A DNA stretch of 63,902 nt, the filler included, from Octopus bimaculoides (lineage: Eukaryota), in NCBI RefSeq assembly GCF_001194135.2. It is 8 parts of 7 records of this genome, joined end to end, with 100 filler letters (N's around TTAATTAATTAA, not from the genome) between each part and the next. Parts side by side here need not be neighbours in the genome. Positions count along the whole stretch, not along the records: positions 41,539 to 59,391 come from NC_068999.1; positions 59,492 to 62,374 come from NC_068988.1; positions 62,475 to 63,902 come from NC_068996.1; 5 more parts are not named here. The stretch is one strand, 5' to 3'. Positions 50,752-63,035 of this stretch are shown here, piece by piece. Within the stretch, counting starts at the first letter, position 1. Every line of letters starts with the position of its first letter. The notes below the pieces were generated by a model. It saw only the letters and a program-made list of their open reading frames with translations, made no database searches and was not told the DNA's origin. A program made the translations under genes and the position numbers.

Positions 50752-52215
50752 TAATTGTACATATAAGACAACTCAATGTAGTTATATGTGCTACATATCG
50801 CACTCGAGATGCTCCAAATCATGTAGGCAAGTTTGAAGACTGCCTTACAAAAGTAGAAGAAGTTCTAGACACATTAGAACAACACATAAGTGTACTTCTC
50901 ATGGGAGACTTCAATCTGCCTAATGTCAGATGGCCCGAGGGTCTTTCTCTCCCAGGAATGACACGATATGAACAAGGACAAGTGAATTCCCTCCTGAACC
51001 TCGCCAACACTTTGTATATGGAACAAATAGTACTCCAACCAACTAGGGCAGGTAACATTCTGGATCTCTGTTTCACAAATAATATGGATCACATCCATAA
51101 TGTGAAAGTGACACCGATGCTACTCTCGGATCAAAACATGGTAGAGCTGACCATGTATGGACCAAAGGAAACCAAGGACATGCAGCCTACAAGAAACTCT
51201 CAGAATCTTTCCAATTTGAACTTCCATAAGGCAAACTGGAAACAAATTGAGAAAGAGATCTTCAAACAAAACTGGCCTAAATGTCTCTCCTCACCGGACA
51301 TCGACATGAAGCTTAAACAATTTATGTCTGTAATGCAAGCCATATGCTGCAAATGTGTCCCGGAGAGAAAGGCCACTATACACATGAACAAAATCCCCAG
51401 AGAGAGGAAAATTCTTATGAGACGGCGTACAAAAGTTTCAAATCGCCTAAACAAACAAATTGAAAGCAGTGAAAAGTCCCGCCTGAAAATACAACGGCTG
51501 GAGATTGAAAAAAATCTGCAACTCTCCCACGAAAAAGAAAGAGCAGACAAAGAAACCTGGGNNNNNNNNNNNNNNNNNNNNNNNNNNNNNNNNNNNNNNN
51601 NNNNNNNNNNNNNNNNNNNNNNNNNNNNNNNNNNNNNNNNNNNNNNNNNNNNNNNNNNNNNNNNNNNNNNNNNNNNNNNNNNNNNNNNNNNNNNNNNNNN
51701 NNNNNNNNNNNNNNNNNNNNNNNNNNNNNNNNNNNNNNNNNNNNNNNNNNNNNNNNNNNNNNNNNNNNNNNNNNNNNNNNNNNNNNNNNNNNNNNNNNNN
51801 NNNNNNNNNNNNNNNNNNNNNNNNNNNNNNNNNNNNNNNNNNNNNNNNNNNNNNNNNNNNNNNNNNNNNNNNNNNNNNNNNNNNNNNNNNNNNNNNNNNN
51901 NNNNNNNNNNNNNNNNNNNNNNNNNNNNNNNNNNNNNNNNNNNNNNNNNNNNNNNNNNNNNNNNNNNNNNNNNNNNNNNNNNNNNNNNNNNNNNNNNNNN
52001 NNNNNNNNNNNNNNNNNNNNNNNNNNNNNNNNNNNNNNNNNNNNNNNNNNNNNNNNNNNNNNNNNNNNNNNNNNNNNNNNNNNNNNNNNNNNNNNNNNNN
52101 NNNNNNNNNNNNNNNNNNNNNNNNNNNNNNNNNNNNNNNNNNNNNNTGAAGGAGGGAAAAATATACCCAATTCATAATGGAGGTAGCAGAGCGGAGGCCA
52201 AGAACTACAGACCCA
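50752..52215 (+). mobile_element. CR1/L2-group LINE ORF2 fragment (AP endonuclease to RT start)
   Basis: LLMGDFNLP, EQIV.QPTR.GNILDLCFTN, SDQN, NFHKANW, and after the gap PIHNGGSRAEAKNYRPI. Confidence 0.9.
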
Positions 52216-52235
52216 TTTATTTATACTTTCTTGTA

Positions 52236-52640
52236 TAGAAATTGTATCTTTGCACTGACAGAAGGGGAAAACTGTGAAATTTGGTTTGACATTACTTGCA
52301 CATTTCTCTATGTGTTAACTTAAAGGAACCTGTCTGTATTGCGGGAACTGGATCTGCTCTTTATGTAGAGCTGTTCTCCATCTCAATGTCATACTTGTCT
52401 GTCCTATATAGTGATGTCCACAACCTGAGCAGGTTATTACATAAATTAGATTCTCAGAGGCACAAGTGAAGTCAGTTTTAATTGTGAACCTCTCTCGTTG
52501 TTTGAAAAGGAAATCCGAGTCTTCAAGTAGTTTGGAGCATGTTCCACATTTGAGGTATCTACATTTTTTAACTATTGGTTTTGTGGTTGTTGTGTAAAAG
52601 TTTGTATTTGTTATAAGTCTAAACAGAAGTAGTTATCTTC
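52236..52640 (-). mobile_element. Inverted 3' (GIY-YIG) segment of the adjacent Penelope-like element
   Basis: Reverse complement of about 54170-54530 (LIYVITCSGCGHHYIGQTS). Confidence 0.9.
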
Positions 52641-52689
52641 CACCTACAGGTAAGAATAAACACTAGATCACTTCTGCGACCATATCCAA

Positions 52690-54950
52690 AACTTCCCATA
52701 TACTTTCCTAAAACAAAAATTAATTCAAACCTCAACAATCTAGAATGGAAAATCGAATAGAACTACAAAACAACAAAGACCTGACAATTAAAGAAGTAGA
52801 CAAAGGAAGTGCTGTAGTTCTGATGGACACAAAATACTACAAATACCTAGTATTATCCATGCAAGAAAACGATGCCTTCTACAATAAAGTTGTAAACTAT
52901 AAACAACAAAAAGAATGAAAAATCTTACATCCTTAATACTTCTACATGGAAAAGGCCTGACAAAAAAAGAAACAGATTACATCACGAACTTCAAATGTAA
53001 ACCTAGTCCTTTTTACGGCCTACCTAAAATACACAAGAGCAAGATAGTTAGTGAAGCCTGCAAACAATCACCAGGCAAATACATAAATATCTAAAGTTAA
53101 GGCCCATTATAACTGGCCCAGCCTGTAAAACCCACCGCCTAAGCAATTTTCTAGACATCGTACTGAAACCTTTACTGAAATACATCAAAAGTTTCATTAG
53201 AGACTATTTAGACATGCTCTAGCAAAAACAATTAATGAAGAGGCATTTCTGGTTTCCTTCGATGTTATCAATCTTTACACCAACATCCCACATGATTATG
53301 GAATAAAAGCCATCAAATTCTGGTTGGAAAAGTATACCAAAATACTTTTGGAATGCATAAATCAGGTCTTTATTATTGAATCTTTAAAACTTATACTTCA
53401 GAACAATTATTTCCTATTTAATGACACCAACTATCATCAAAAATGCGAATTTGCGATGAAAACGAAAGCAGCCCCTGTTCTTGCGAACCTGATAATGGGT
53501 TATTTTGAATTCACCATATATGATGTGTCACTGCAAAAATATGGGTATCCATTTCACCATTACATAAGAAAAAACTGGAAAAGATACCTGGATGACTTTT
53601 ATCATTTGGAAGGTGACCATTGATAAACTTTTGGAATTCAAGTCAACACTAAACGATATAAACAGTAACATTCAATTCACAATGGAATATAGCAAAGAAC
53701 AGCTCCTATTTCTGGATATTATGATTAAAAAAAGTCACCAACCAAATTATAACTGACATCTATCATAAACCAACAGACTTAAAGCAATATCTCCTTTTTA
53801 GCTCATGCTACCCAAAACAAATCAAAATAAATATTCCCTTCAATTCGGCAAAAAGGATTTGCACAATAGTGTCTGATAGAACTACTCAGGACCTTCGTCT
53901 TCAAGACCTCAGAACAACATTAACTAAAAGACAATATACACCCTCACTTATAGACAATGGAATTAAGAAATTAGACATAAGGACAACAAAACATAACACC
54001 ACACTTCATCTCAAAACACTGCTGTATGTATCAACTCACAAGCCTAGAAACAGTGAGACATACAACACTATTGTGCAAAATCTTCCTTTACAAACTAGAG
54101 ACCCAAAAATGAACAACATCCTGAAAGCACATAAATTCATCAAATGCAAAAAGCAACACAAATCGCTAAAGAGACTTCTAAAAAATGCGAAGCTTTATAC
54201 AACAACCACAAAACCAACGGTTAAAAAATGTGGATGCCCAAACTGTGGAACATGCCCCAACCTACTTGAAAGCTTGGATTTCCTTTTCAAATAAGGAGAG
54301 AGGTTCACAATTACAACCAACTTCACTTGTGCCTTAGCGGATCTAATTTATGTAATAACCTGCTCGAGTTGTGGACATCACTATATAGGACAGACATAAA
54401 GAGCAGTTCCGGTTCCCGCAATACAGACAGATTCCTTTAAGTGAACACATAGAGAGATGTAAAGGTAGCATCAAACCAAATTTCATACCTTTCCCCTTCT
54501 ATCAGTGCAAAGATACAATTTCTATGCAAGAACGTTTAAATAGAGAAAATTTATTCATCGAAAAATACAGAACATGTCTAAATATGCACGCATAACCAAC
54601 TTTGATCTCTATACATATTTTAATTCACGATTACATATCCATCATTGTACATATTTCTCCCCACTATTCTCATTTTTGAATATATATAATTTCCCCCACC
54701 ACTGAAAAATGAACAATTATCTCCCCTATCCACAACAATAACGATAATCAATTATTTCCCCTTAGATTTTTCTACTTCTTGAATCATTTATTCATAAACT
54801 TCACACACAACATAGACAAATTTTTCTTAAGAAAATACATATTTAAATAAATCTTAATGTCATGATTAGTGAAAGCGAAACTGGTTGACAAACACGATAT
54901 AAGATATATTAAAACTATGTAAAGAATGTTCATGTTCCTTCTTTAATTTC
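52690..54950 (+). mobile_element. Near full-length Penelope-like element (RT + GIY-YIG), frameshifted
   Basis: IKEVDKGSAVVLMD, FYGLPKIHK, RPII, SFDVINLYTNIPH, LANLIMG, RYLDD, FLDI, YHKPTD, CGCPNCGTC, LIYVITCSSCGHHYIGQT; stop near 54595. Confidence 0.95.
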
Positions 54951-55160
54951 TTATATATATTACAACTCACCATGTAGGGATAATCGAAATTCTTCCCTTT
55001 CTGTTACATATTTATACGTATATGCATATGCATATATATATATATATATATATAAATTTGACATGGGTATTCTTTCTTGTCTTAGGATTCACAGCTGGGT
55101 GAAATTGCGTGAAAAATTACACAGATGTGTAGAATGATCCAGTGGTGATGCTGGGCTTCC

Positions 55161-55360
55161 TATTTTTTCATAGTTCCCATGGTTACCGAGATAATCTACA
55201 ATAATCATACTCTTGTGTTTATGAATGAGAAAGGAATCGGTGATAGATCAATAAGGAAGGAAGGGGTGATGTCATATTTTTTCATAGCTCCCATGGTTAC
55301 CGAGATAATCTACTATAATAATACTCTTGTGTTTATGAATAAGAAAGGAAGGGGTGTGTC
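55161..55360. repeat. 114-bp-period tandem duplication
   Basis: TATTTTTTCATAG.TCCCATGGTTACCGAGATAATCTAC at 55161 and 55275. Confidence 0.9.
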
Positions 55361-56377
55361 ATACTTGGTAGTGGGATGATGAAAATTGTTCACTGCAAAA
55401 ATAAATCAAACAGCATTTCAACTCTGTGTGAATATATGTGTATGTATGTAAAAGAGGGGGGTATGTGAATATATATGCGCGCGCGCGCAATGGAAGTGGG
55501 ATGGTTCATCTTTGTTCACTTAGTATGTGGGTTTATTTTTTGATTTGGTTGAATCTTGGTTGTTTTTTTTTTTGTTTGTCAGTTAATTTTAGAGTCTTGA
55601 CAGAAGAAAATCATTCTAAAATTGTTTTTTAACGTAAGCGTGCCCAAACAAGTTGTATGCTTACACAGAGCAGGTTTTACAGCCACATCATCCAAACCAA
55701 CCAGGTGAAACCGAGCACAAGGTGTCCCAAAAATATGTACTCACTCTTTGACAGACGATTACTAATGTATTGTTTTTTGTGATGTACGGGCTTACCTCGA
55801 TGCAATAAATCCAAACAAATGGATTGGGAGGAGAGGTAGCATTGAATTTTCTGCATGTTCCCCAGACGTCNNNNNNNNNNNNNNNNNNNNNNNNNNNNNN
55901 NNNNNNNNNNNNNNNNNNNNNNNNNNNNNNNNNNNNNNNNNNNNNNNNNNNNNNNNNNNNNNNNNNNNNNNNNNNNNNNNNNNNNNNNNNNNNNNNNNNN
56001 NNNNNNNNNNNNNNNNNNNNNNNNNNNNNNNNNNNNNNNNNNNNNNNNNNNNNNNNNNNNNNNNNNNNNNNNNNNNNNNNNNNNNNNNNNNNNNNNNNNN
56101 NNNNNNNNNNNNNNNNNNNNNNNNNNNNNNNNNNNNNNNNNNNNNNNNNNNNNNNNNNNNNNNNNNNNNNNNNNNNNNNNNNNNNNNNNNNNNNNNNNNN
56201 NNNNNNNNNNNNNNNNNNNNNNNNNNNNNNNNNNNNNNNNNNNNNNNNNNNNNNNNNNNNNNNNNNNNNNNNNNNNNNNNNNNNNNNNNNNNNNNNNNNN
56301 NNNNNNNNNNNNNNNNNNNNNNNNNNNNNNNNNNNNNNNNNNNNNNNNNNNNNNNNNNNNNNNNNCACACACACACA

Positions 56378-57460
56378 TATCATCATCTTTAACGTTCATT
56401 TTTTAGGCTGGCATGGGTTGGACAGTTTGACTGGGGTCTGGGAAGCCAGGAGGCTGCACCAGGCCCCAATCTGATCTGGCAGTGTTTCTACAGCTGGAGG
56501 CCCTTCCTGACATTAACCACTCCGAGAATGTAGTGGGTGCTTTTTACGTGCCAGAGGAGCTGGCATCAACCACGATCAGATGGTGCTTTTTACATGCCAC
56601 CAGTACAGAAGCCAGTCAAAGCAGCACTGGCATCAGCCACATTCGGATGGTGCCTATTATGTGCTACCGGCACGGTGTTCACAACTACAATTTCCATTTG
56701 ATTTGAATTTGATATTGCTGATGTTGATGTACTTGACTCAATAGGTCTCCTCAAGCACAGCATGTTGCCCTATGATCCAAGGTACTTTCGAGTGGGCTGG
56801 TTATGCAGCACTGGTGTAGGTTACAGCTGTGGACTCACTTTATTTGTTGGGTCTTTTCAGTCACAGCATACCTCCAGAGGTCTCGGTCTTTTGTCACTGC
56901 CTCTGTGAGGCCTAACATTCCACGGTCATGCTTCACCACCTCATCCCATGTCTTCCTGGGTCTCCCTCTACCCTGGATTCCTTCCACTGTTTGAGAGTGG
57001 CACTTCTTCACACAGCTCTCCTCGTCCATCCGCAATATATGACCATACCAACGCAAACATCTTTCTTGCATGCCACATCCGATGCTTCTTAAGTCTAACA
57101 TTTCTCTCAGGGCACTTACACTCTGTCGTGTGTGCACACTAACATTACACATCCAGCGGATCATGCTAGCTTCATTTCTTTTGAGCCTACGCATGTCTTC
57201 AGCAGTCACAGCCCATGTTTCACTGCTATGAAGCATGGCAATTTGCACACATGTATCATACAATCTACCTTCCTCTCTGAGCGAGAGGCCATTTGTCACC
57301 AGTAGGGGTAGAAGATTTCTGAACTTTGCCCAGGCTATTCTTATTCTAGTGGAACACTCTCTGAGCATCCACCCCCACTACAGACTTGGTTACCTAGGTA
57401 GCGAAGCTATCAACTACTTCTAGTTTCTTCCCCTGGCATGTGACGGAGTCTGTTTTCTGA
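56378..57460 (-). mobile_element. 5'-truncated RTE-clade LINE with 3' UTR and (ATG)n tail
   Basis: LEVVDSF.YLG, RIRIAWAKFR.LLPLL, SETWA, LRWYGHILRM, GRGRPRKTW, DRDLWR. Confidence 0.95.
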
Positions 57461-57539
57461 ACATATACGTATATGTATGTGTATGTAATTATCTATATAT
57501 ATATGATAAATTAAGAAATGGAGTCAAATGCAGATGTTA

Positions 57540-58290
57540 TTCAAATCTTTATACTTCCAACATATGTTTCAAAGAAGGTATTAATGTTGTTCCGGAGAGA
57601 GTAGAGTGATGTACAGCAGTGCCATCATCTCATCAAGGGGGAAAGGAGAAGCAAGTCACATCAATGGGCCATTTTGGCCAAATGTGATTGCCGCGTATAT
57701 TATGAAGGGGAGCGCTGGCAAGTTATTTTTTGAAAAATGGATTTAGCACCAAGGGTAGTTTGGAGAAGGAGAGGGAGGAGAAGGAAGGAAACTGGTGGAA
57801 AATGGGGGTGAAGAAATATAGTGTGGTGGATGAGTGGGAATAAAGCTTGAAATCATTGAAGTAGATATATGTGGTGGAAGAGAAATGTGGGAAGACAGTT
57901 AAAAGTCGAATTTTGTAGATTGTTGGAGGTTACTTGTGGGAACTGAAGGTATGTTTTTGCCAATGTTTATAATGATAAACACGTTCTTTAATGTGTTTAG
58001 AAGAGTATTCTCCGAGAAAGGGATAAGAATTTGTTCTTTGTTACAGAGCGGACAAAGGGATTTACTTTTGTCATATGGGAAGGATCTAGATGGATCCAGA
58101 TCGAATTGTTTATTGTATTCCTTTGGAGACCAAATTAATTTGCTGAGCCCAGTAGTGTTGCTTATGTTGATATGTCTAAATGCAGAGTAGTGGTTGAATA
58201 TTCTTTTTGACAACTGAGACGATGAACTACCAATGTAAAAAAAAGACATCAGAACCAGAAATAATCTTACATTGATGATCAGAGTTTCTA
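57540..58290 (-). mobile_element. Penelope-like GIY-YIG segment plus 3' region (second lineage)
   Basis: QCKIISGSDVFFYIGSSS...NHYSAFR...LSKLIW...CPLCNKE. Confidence 0.85.
57555..57642 (-). ncRNA. Decayed hammerhead-like motif downstream of the GIY-YIG ORF
   Basis: TTCC..-TTGATGA-GATGATGG...CCTTCTTT-GAAAC-ATAT-GTT-GGAA. Confidence 0.4.
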
Positions 58291-58469
58291 GTCTAATTAT
58301 TGCTAAGGAAACAAATACAATTCAAATTTATATATTCGAATCAGAACCGGAAGTAGTTTTACATTGATGATTTATGTATTCAAATCAGAACCGAAAGTAG
58401 TTTTACGTTGGAATTGCTGCAAAGGAAATGAATCTAATTTGAATTTATATATTCGAATTTATATATTGA

Positions 58470-59380
58470 AAAAATATGCATACATTTATATACACTTCTT
58501 CAACCAGGTTTACATATAACATGCAAATAAAATAGTTACCACATACAGAGTTATTTGATATAAACTCATCTCTTAAGGATATACCTATTCCCCCAAGAAA
58601 GGTTTTCCTTAAACAACTTGTTAGTAAGACAAACTCCTTTATGAATCGTATTAGATGGCTTGCTTTCTTCTTTGACAATACAGACATTAAACAAGCTTCC
58701 AACACGATCTAACTTCTGAATTCAGCAAATTGCTTAAATCTAACAACAATCTTCCACCTAACCCAAGATTGAAACAGTTTGAAGACGATCTCTGGTCTAT
58801 CATGAGGAATGTGAAATTCCATCATTCACCCTTAAGGAATAAACATCTGAGGTATCTTCACAATATCATCAAAGAAATTCACAACATTGATTGGATACTG
58901 GTTCAGTCTGATAAAACAGGAAACATGTACAGACTTGCCAAGGATTACTACCTAGAATTGCTTTGGAAAGAAATATAAAAGAATTATAGGATTACTGGTA
59001 AAAGTGTTATCAGGAAAGCCAACCTTGAGGATAAGAAAATTATGGAGAAATATGAAGAATGAACCTCGTGATCCCAAACAACCTCATTTTTTTTTTTTAA
59101 AAGACCACAAACCATATCTTTTTAATAACCCAACCTTACAACTTATTTGTCCTTCTAGCTCTGATATCGGTGTACTTAGCAAAAATATTCTAGATAAATA
59201 CATTCTTTCTTTGGTTAAAAAATTACAGCTTGATTTATGGTCTAATTCGTTCCAAGTGGTTGACTGGTTTAATTCTATTGATAACAAGAAGTGCACTAAG
59301 TTTTTCCAGTTCGACGTTTCTAGTCACTATTTCTCTATTTACCCAATTGTACTCAACAAAGCACTCTGTATAATATATAC
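58470..59380 (+). mobile_element. Penelope-like ORF N-terminal/RT part (second lineage)
   Basis: SLKDIPIP, MNRIRWLAFF, QSDKTGNMY, LKDHK...NNPTLQLICP.SSDIG.LSK.ILD, WFNSI, FQFDV. Confidence 0.85.
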
Positions 59381-59491
59381 ATATTATATATNNNNNNNNN
59401 NNNNNNNNNNNNNNNNNNNNNNNNNNNNNNNNNNNTTAATTAATTAANNNNNNNNNNNNNNNNNNNNNNNNNNNNNNNNNNNNNNNNNNNN

Positions 59492-60735
59492 GTGGGTAGC
59501 GGATTTGTTCTTTGTGAAGAGTTGTTCTTCGTCGGTGTGACATTTCCAGTTTGGCCTATATAGTGAATTCCGTACCCTAACCAGGTAATAGCATAGATGA
59601 AGTATCCAGATGCAGAGGTGAAATTTGATGTTACCTTGAATATTTCGCCTTGTTTGAAGTGAACCTCTCCACCTTCCAAATGGTTGGGACATGTGCCACA
59701 GTTAGGCCGCCCGCACGTTTTCCATTTTGGTTCCGTTGTTAATGGATATAGTCTTGCGCTGGTTAATATTTTTTGCAATGGTTTCGGTTGCATTTTACAC
59801 TTGATAATTTTGTGTGAGCCTAACATTTTGTTCATTGCTTTATCTCCAGTGAGAATAAGTAGATTTTGGATGATGATGTTGAAGGCCTCATTGTTTCTAG
59901 GGTTATGTGTGGACATGTATAGGCGTATTTGTAAATCTGATGAAGTATTTCGGTTAACTTCCCTTAATATTTGCATGTCTATTTCCTTTGCTCGTTTAAT
60001 CCCATCATTTATTAATGATGTTGGGTAATGTCTCCTGATTAATGTTGATTTAATTTCAAGGAGTCTTCGTTCACATGTATTGGTATCCGAAACTATGGTA
60101 CAGATTTTTTTCGCTAGATTATAAGGTATATTAATTTTTATGTGTTTGGGGTGCCATGAGTTGAATAATAGGTATTGTTTTGAATCTGTGGGTTTATAGA
60201 AGATGTCGGTTTCGATATGGTTATTGACTATTTTAATTAGTATGTCAAGAAAATGAAGTTATTTATTGCTGTGTTCCATAGTGAATTGTATGTTGCTATT
60301 GATATTGTTGAGCATTATTTTGAAATTGAGGTGTTTGTCCATGCTATCGTTCAAAAGTATAAAGGAATCACCTAGTACCTCTTCCAGTTCTCCTTTAAAT
60401 AGCAATGAAATGAGGTTCCATAATTTTGTAGTGAAGATTGGTATATCTTAAGTTCTAGATAACCTATTATAAGTTTCGCAATCACTGGGGCAGTTCGAGC
60501 TCCAATTGCAATTCTACATTTTTGTCGATAGGAAACTATATCGAACATGAAATAGTTATTCTGTAGGATAAATTTCAGTGCTCCAATTATGACGATGTGG
60601 TTGATGCGTCCTGGGATATCTTCTGGGTATGTTTCTAGCCAGGTGATTGCTCCTATGCTATAATCGTGTGGGATATCGGTGTACAAGTTCACCACATCGA
60701 ATGATACTAACAGGGTCCCTTCATTTATTGTTTTC
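59492..60735 (-). mobile_element. Penelope-like RT to GIY-YIG, related to the 52.7-kb element
   Basis: SFDVVNLYTDIPH, ILQNNYF, CGRPNCGTC, IYAIT...HYIGQTG. Confidence 0.9.
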
Positions 60736-61370
60736 ACTTCAAACAAGGTGAAATGTTTAAGATAAACTCAAATTTCACCTGTGCGCCTGAAAACGTAAGA
60801 TATGCCATTACCTGCTTAGGGTGCGTAAATCACAATATAGGCCAAACAGGAATGTCACCCCAACGAAGAACAACTCTTTACAAAGAACGAATCCACTACC
60901 CACAATATAGACAGATACAGGTCGGGGAGCACATAGAAAGACGTGCTATAAACCTTAAACCGAACTTCCTAATTTTCCCTTTTTATCAAAGTTCACAGAA
61001 CACCTCATTACAGCAAACATTAAATAAAAAGGTAACTTTCATTAATAAATATAATCCACAACTCAACATGAACTCATAACTTAATACAGGACATTACTAA
61101 CCTTACCAAAAACAAAATTCCCACTAATCCATACATCACATACACCTTTCAAATTCCAGTATTTATATCTACCTTAATTGCATCACTTTCAGAACTGCTT
61201 ACCTCCCTTCCATGTAATATTTTCACTCAGATACTATTAGACTCAACACCATTTGAAAATCGATGTTCATTTAAAGTCGGTGATCAGCTCTGACGATACC
61301 GGTATGACTTTGAATCTCTATAATGATTCATAATAATGATATTTATACTTCCTAATTCCACCTCAAATCA
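60733..61370 (+). mobile_element. Inverted GIY-YIG segment plus 3' region of the same element
   Basis: HFKQGEMFKINSNFTC..NVRYAITCLGC..NIGQTG...FINKYNPQLN. Confidence 0.9.
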
Positions 61371-61553
61371 TCTAATTGTATGTATATATACCTTTGCTTT
61401 TCTTAAAAATGCCTTTATTTTTTATTTTTTATATCTAATGTACATTTTTTGTTTTCTTTTTACTTTTCCCCTATTTATACAACGTATAGTCTTTTTTCTT
61501 TGAAAACTATTTCTATCACACACATACACGCACACACACACACACACACATAT

Positions 61554-61632
<79 letters not shown>

Positions 61633-62147
61633 TATATATGCATATGATATATATACGTATATGCACAGATATAGTATATATAGTATACATAAACAAATAC
61701 ATTTACAAATAAGTATATACATATATATTTATATATCTGTTTCTGGGTGTGTGCGCGCGCGTATGTGTTTGAGTGTGTATTTCACTAGTCTGGTAGACAG
61801 ATACTCATAGATACATACCTAACAGTATGTGTCCAGATGAAAGCATAGTGTCTTTGTCACTGTAGGTACGTTCATAAATGCTTCAGCGTATATTTTTGCA
61901 ATTTCGTCGTATCTAACAATAGATTATCTTATATACTGGCTAAAATAGCAATTTGAATAACGGATATAATTTATCACTGTAATCACAGTTATCATAATTC
62001 TGCCAGATTCGCATTTAGAATTCAGCACGCAGTTCAATGAAGATATATTTGATGTTTCCAACGTTTTCAGTTCCCGTCTGAATTTCTCTGAATATCTCTG
62101 TCATAATTCTTCTCTAAACTATGAATGTATGTATGTAGACACGCACC

Positions 62148-62204
<57 letters not shown>

Positions 62205-62529
62205 GGAATTATATGTGTGTGTGTTTGTGTGTGTTTGTGTACATACTTATATGTAGGTGTGTGTGTACATATATATAAATGTATATATACAATATATAAA
62301 ACATAATATATACACAGTATATATAGAATACCTATTCATGTATATAATATATATATATATATGTGTGTATATGTNNNNNNNNNNNNNNNNNNNNNNNNNN
62401 NNNNNNNNNNNNNNNNNNTTAATTAATTAANNNNNNNNNNNNNNNNNNNNNNNNNNNNNNNNNNNNNNNNNNNNTTCTTCTTCTTCTTCTTCTTCTTCTT
62501 CTTCTTCTTCTTCTTCTTCTTCTTCTTGC

Positions 62530-62725
62530 AAAACGCTTAGTGGCATTCCGTCCATTCTTAGGTTCTGAGTTCAAATTCTGCCGAGGTCAGCTTTGCTTTT
62601 CATCCTTTCGGAATCGATAAAATAAGTACCAGTTCAGTAATGAGTTCGAGGTAATCGACTTACCCCTTCACCCCGCAAGAAAAAAAATGCTGGCCCTGTG
62701 CCAAAATGGGAAACCATTATTATTA
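62530..62725 (+). mobile_element. SINE family A
   Basis: GTTCTGAGTTCAAATTCTGCCGAGGTC...TTTCATCCTTTCGGAATCGATAAAATAAGTACCAG. Confidence 0.85.
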
Positions 62726-62812
62726 TCATCAGTAATTGTGGTAGTAGTAACAGCAGCAGTGGGAACATCATGATGATAATGATTATCGATAATGATTATT
62801 GATAATGATTAT

Positions 62813-63035
62813 TGGTTTTCAATTTTGGCACAAGGCCAGAAAGTTCGAGGTAGGGAGCTTGTCAATCACATCGACACCAGTATTCAACTAGCATAGTACT
62901 TACTTTAACGACCCCGAAAGGATAAAAGTTAAAGTCGACGCCGGCGGGATTTGAACTCAGAATGTAAAGTCGGAAGAAATGCTGCTAATGAATTTTGTTT
63001 TTCTAGTGCAGTAACGATTTTGCCAGCTTACCAAC
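62813..63035 (-). mobile_element. SINE family A
   Basis: GACCCCGAAAGGATAAAAG...ATTTGAACTCAGAATG...TGCCAGCTTACC. Confidence 0.8.

Noticed and set aside
54850-54895. GCGAAACTGGTTGAC downstream of the Penelope ORF
   Set aside because: Only the 3' box is present; no recognisable CUGANGA.
2043-56474. Long ORFs full of X in the ORF track
   Set aside because: They are open only because N runs contain no stops; exceptions with real motifs (41483-43042, 50616-52238) are annotated as LINEs.
61280-61320. CTGACGA-TACCGGTA near a Penelope 3' region
   Set aside because: No GAAA box or stem III follows.
9156-62430. TTAATTAATTAA islands inside N runs (9156, 25039, 35333, 39487, 41483, 59436, 62419)
   Set aside because: Identical 12-mer with stops in all frames, centred in roughly 44-N flanks: an artificial scaffold spacer. 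Sequence context changes abruptly across them.
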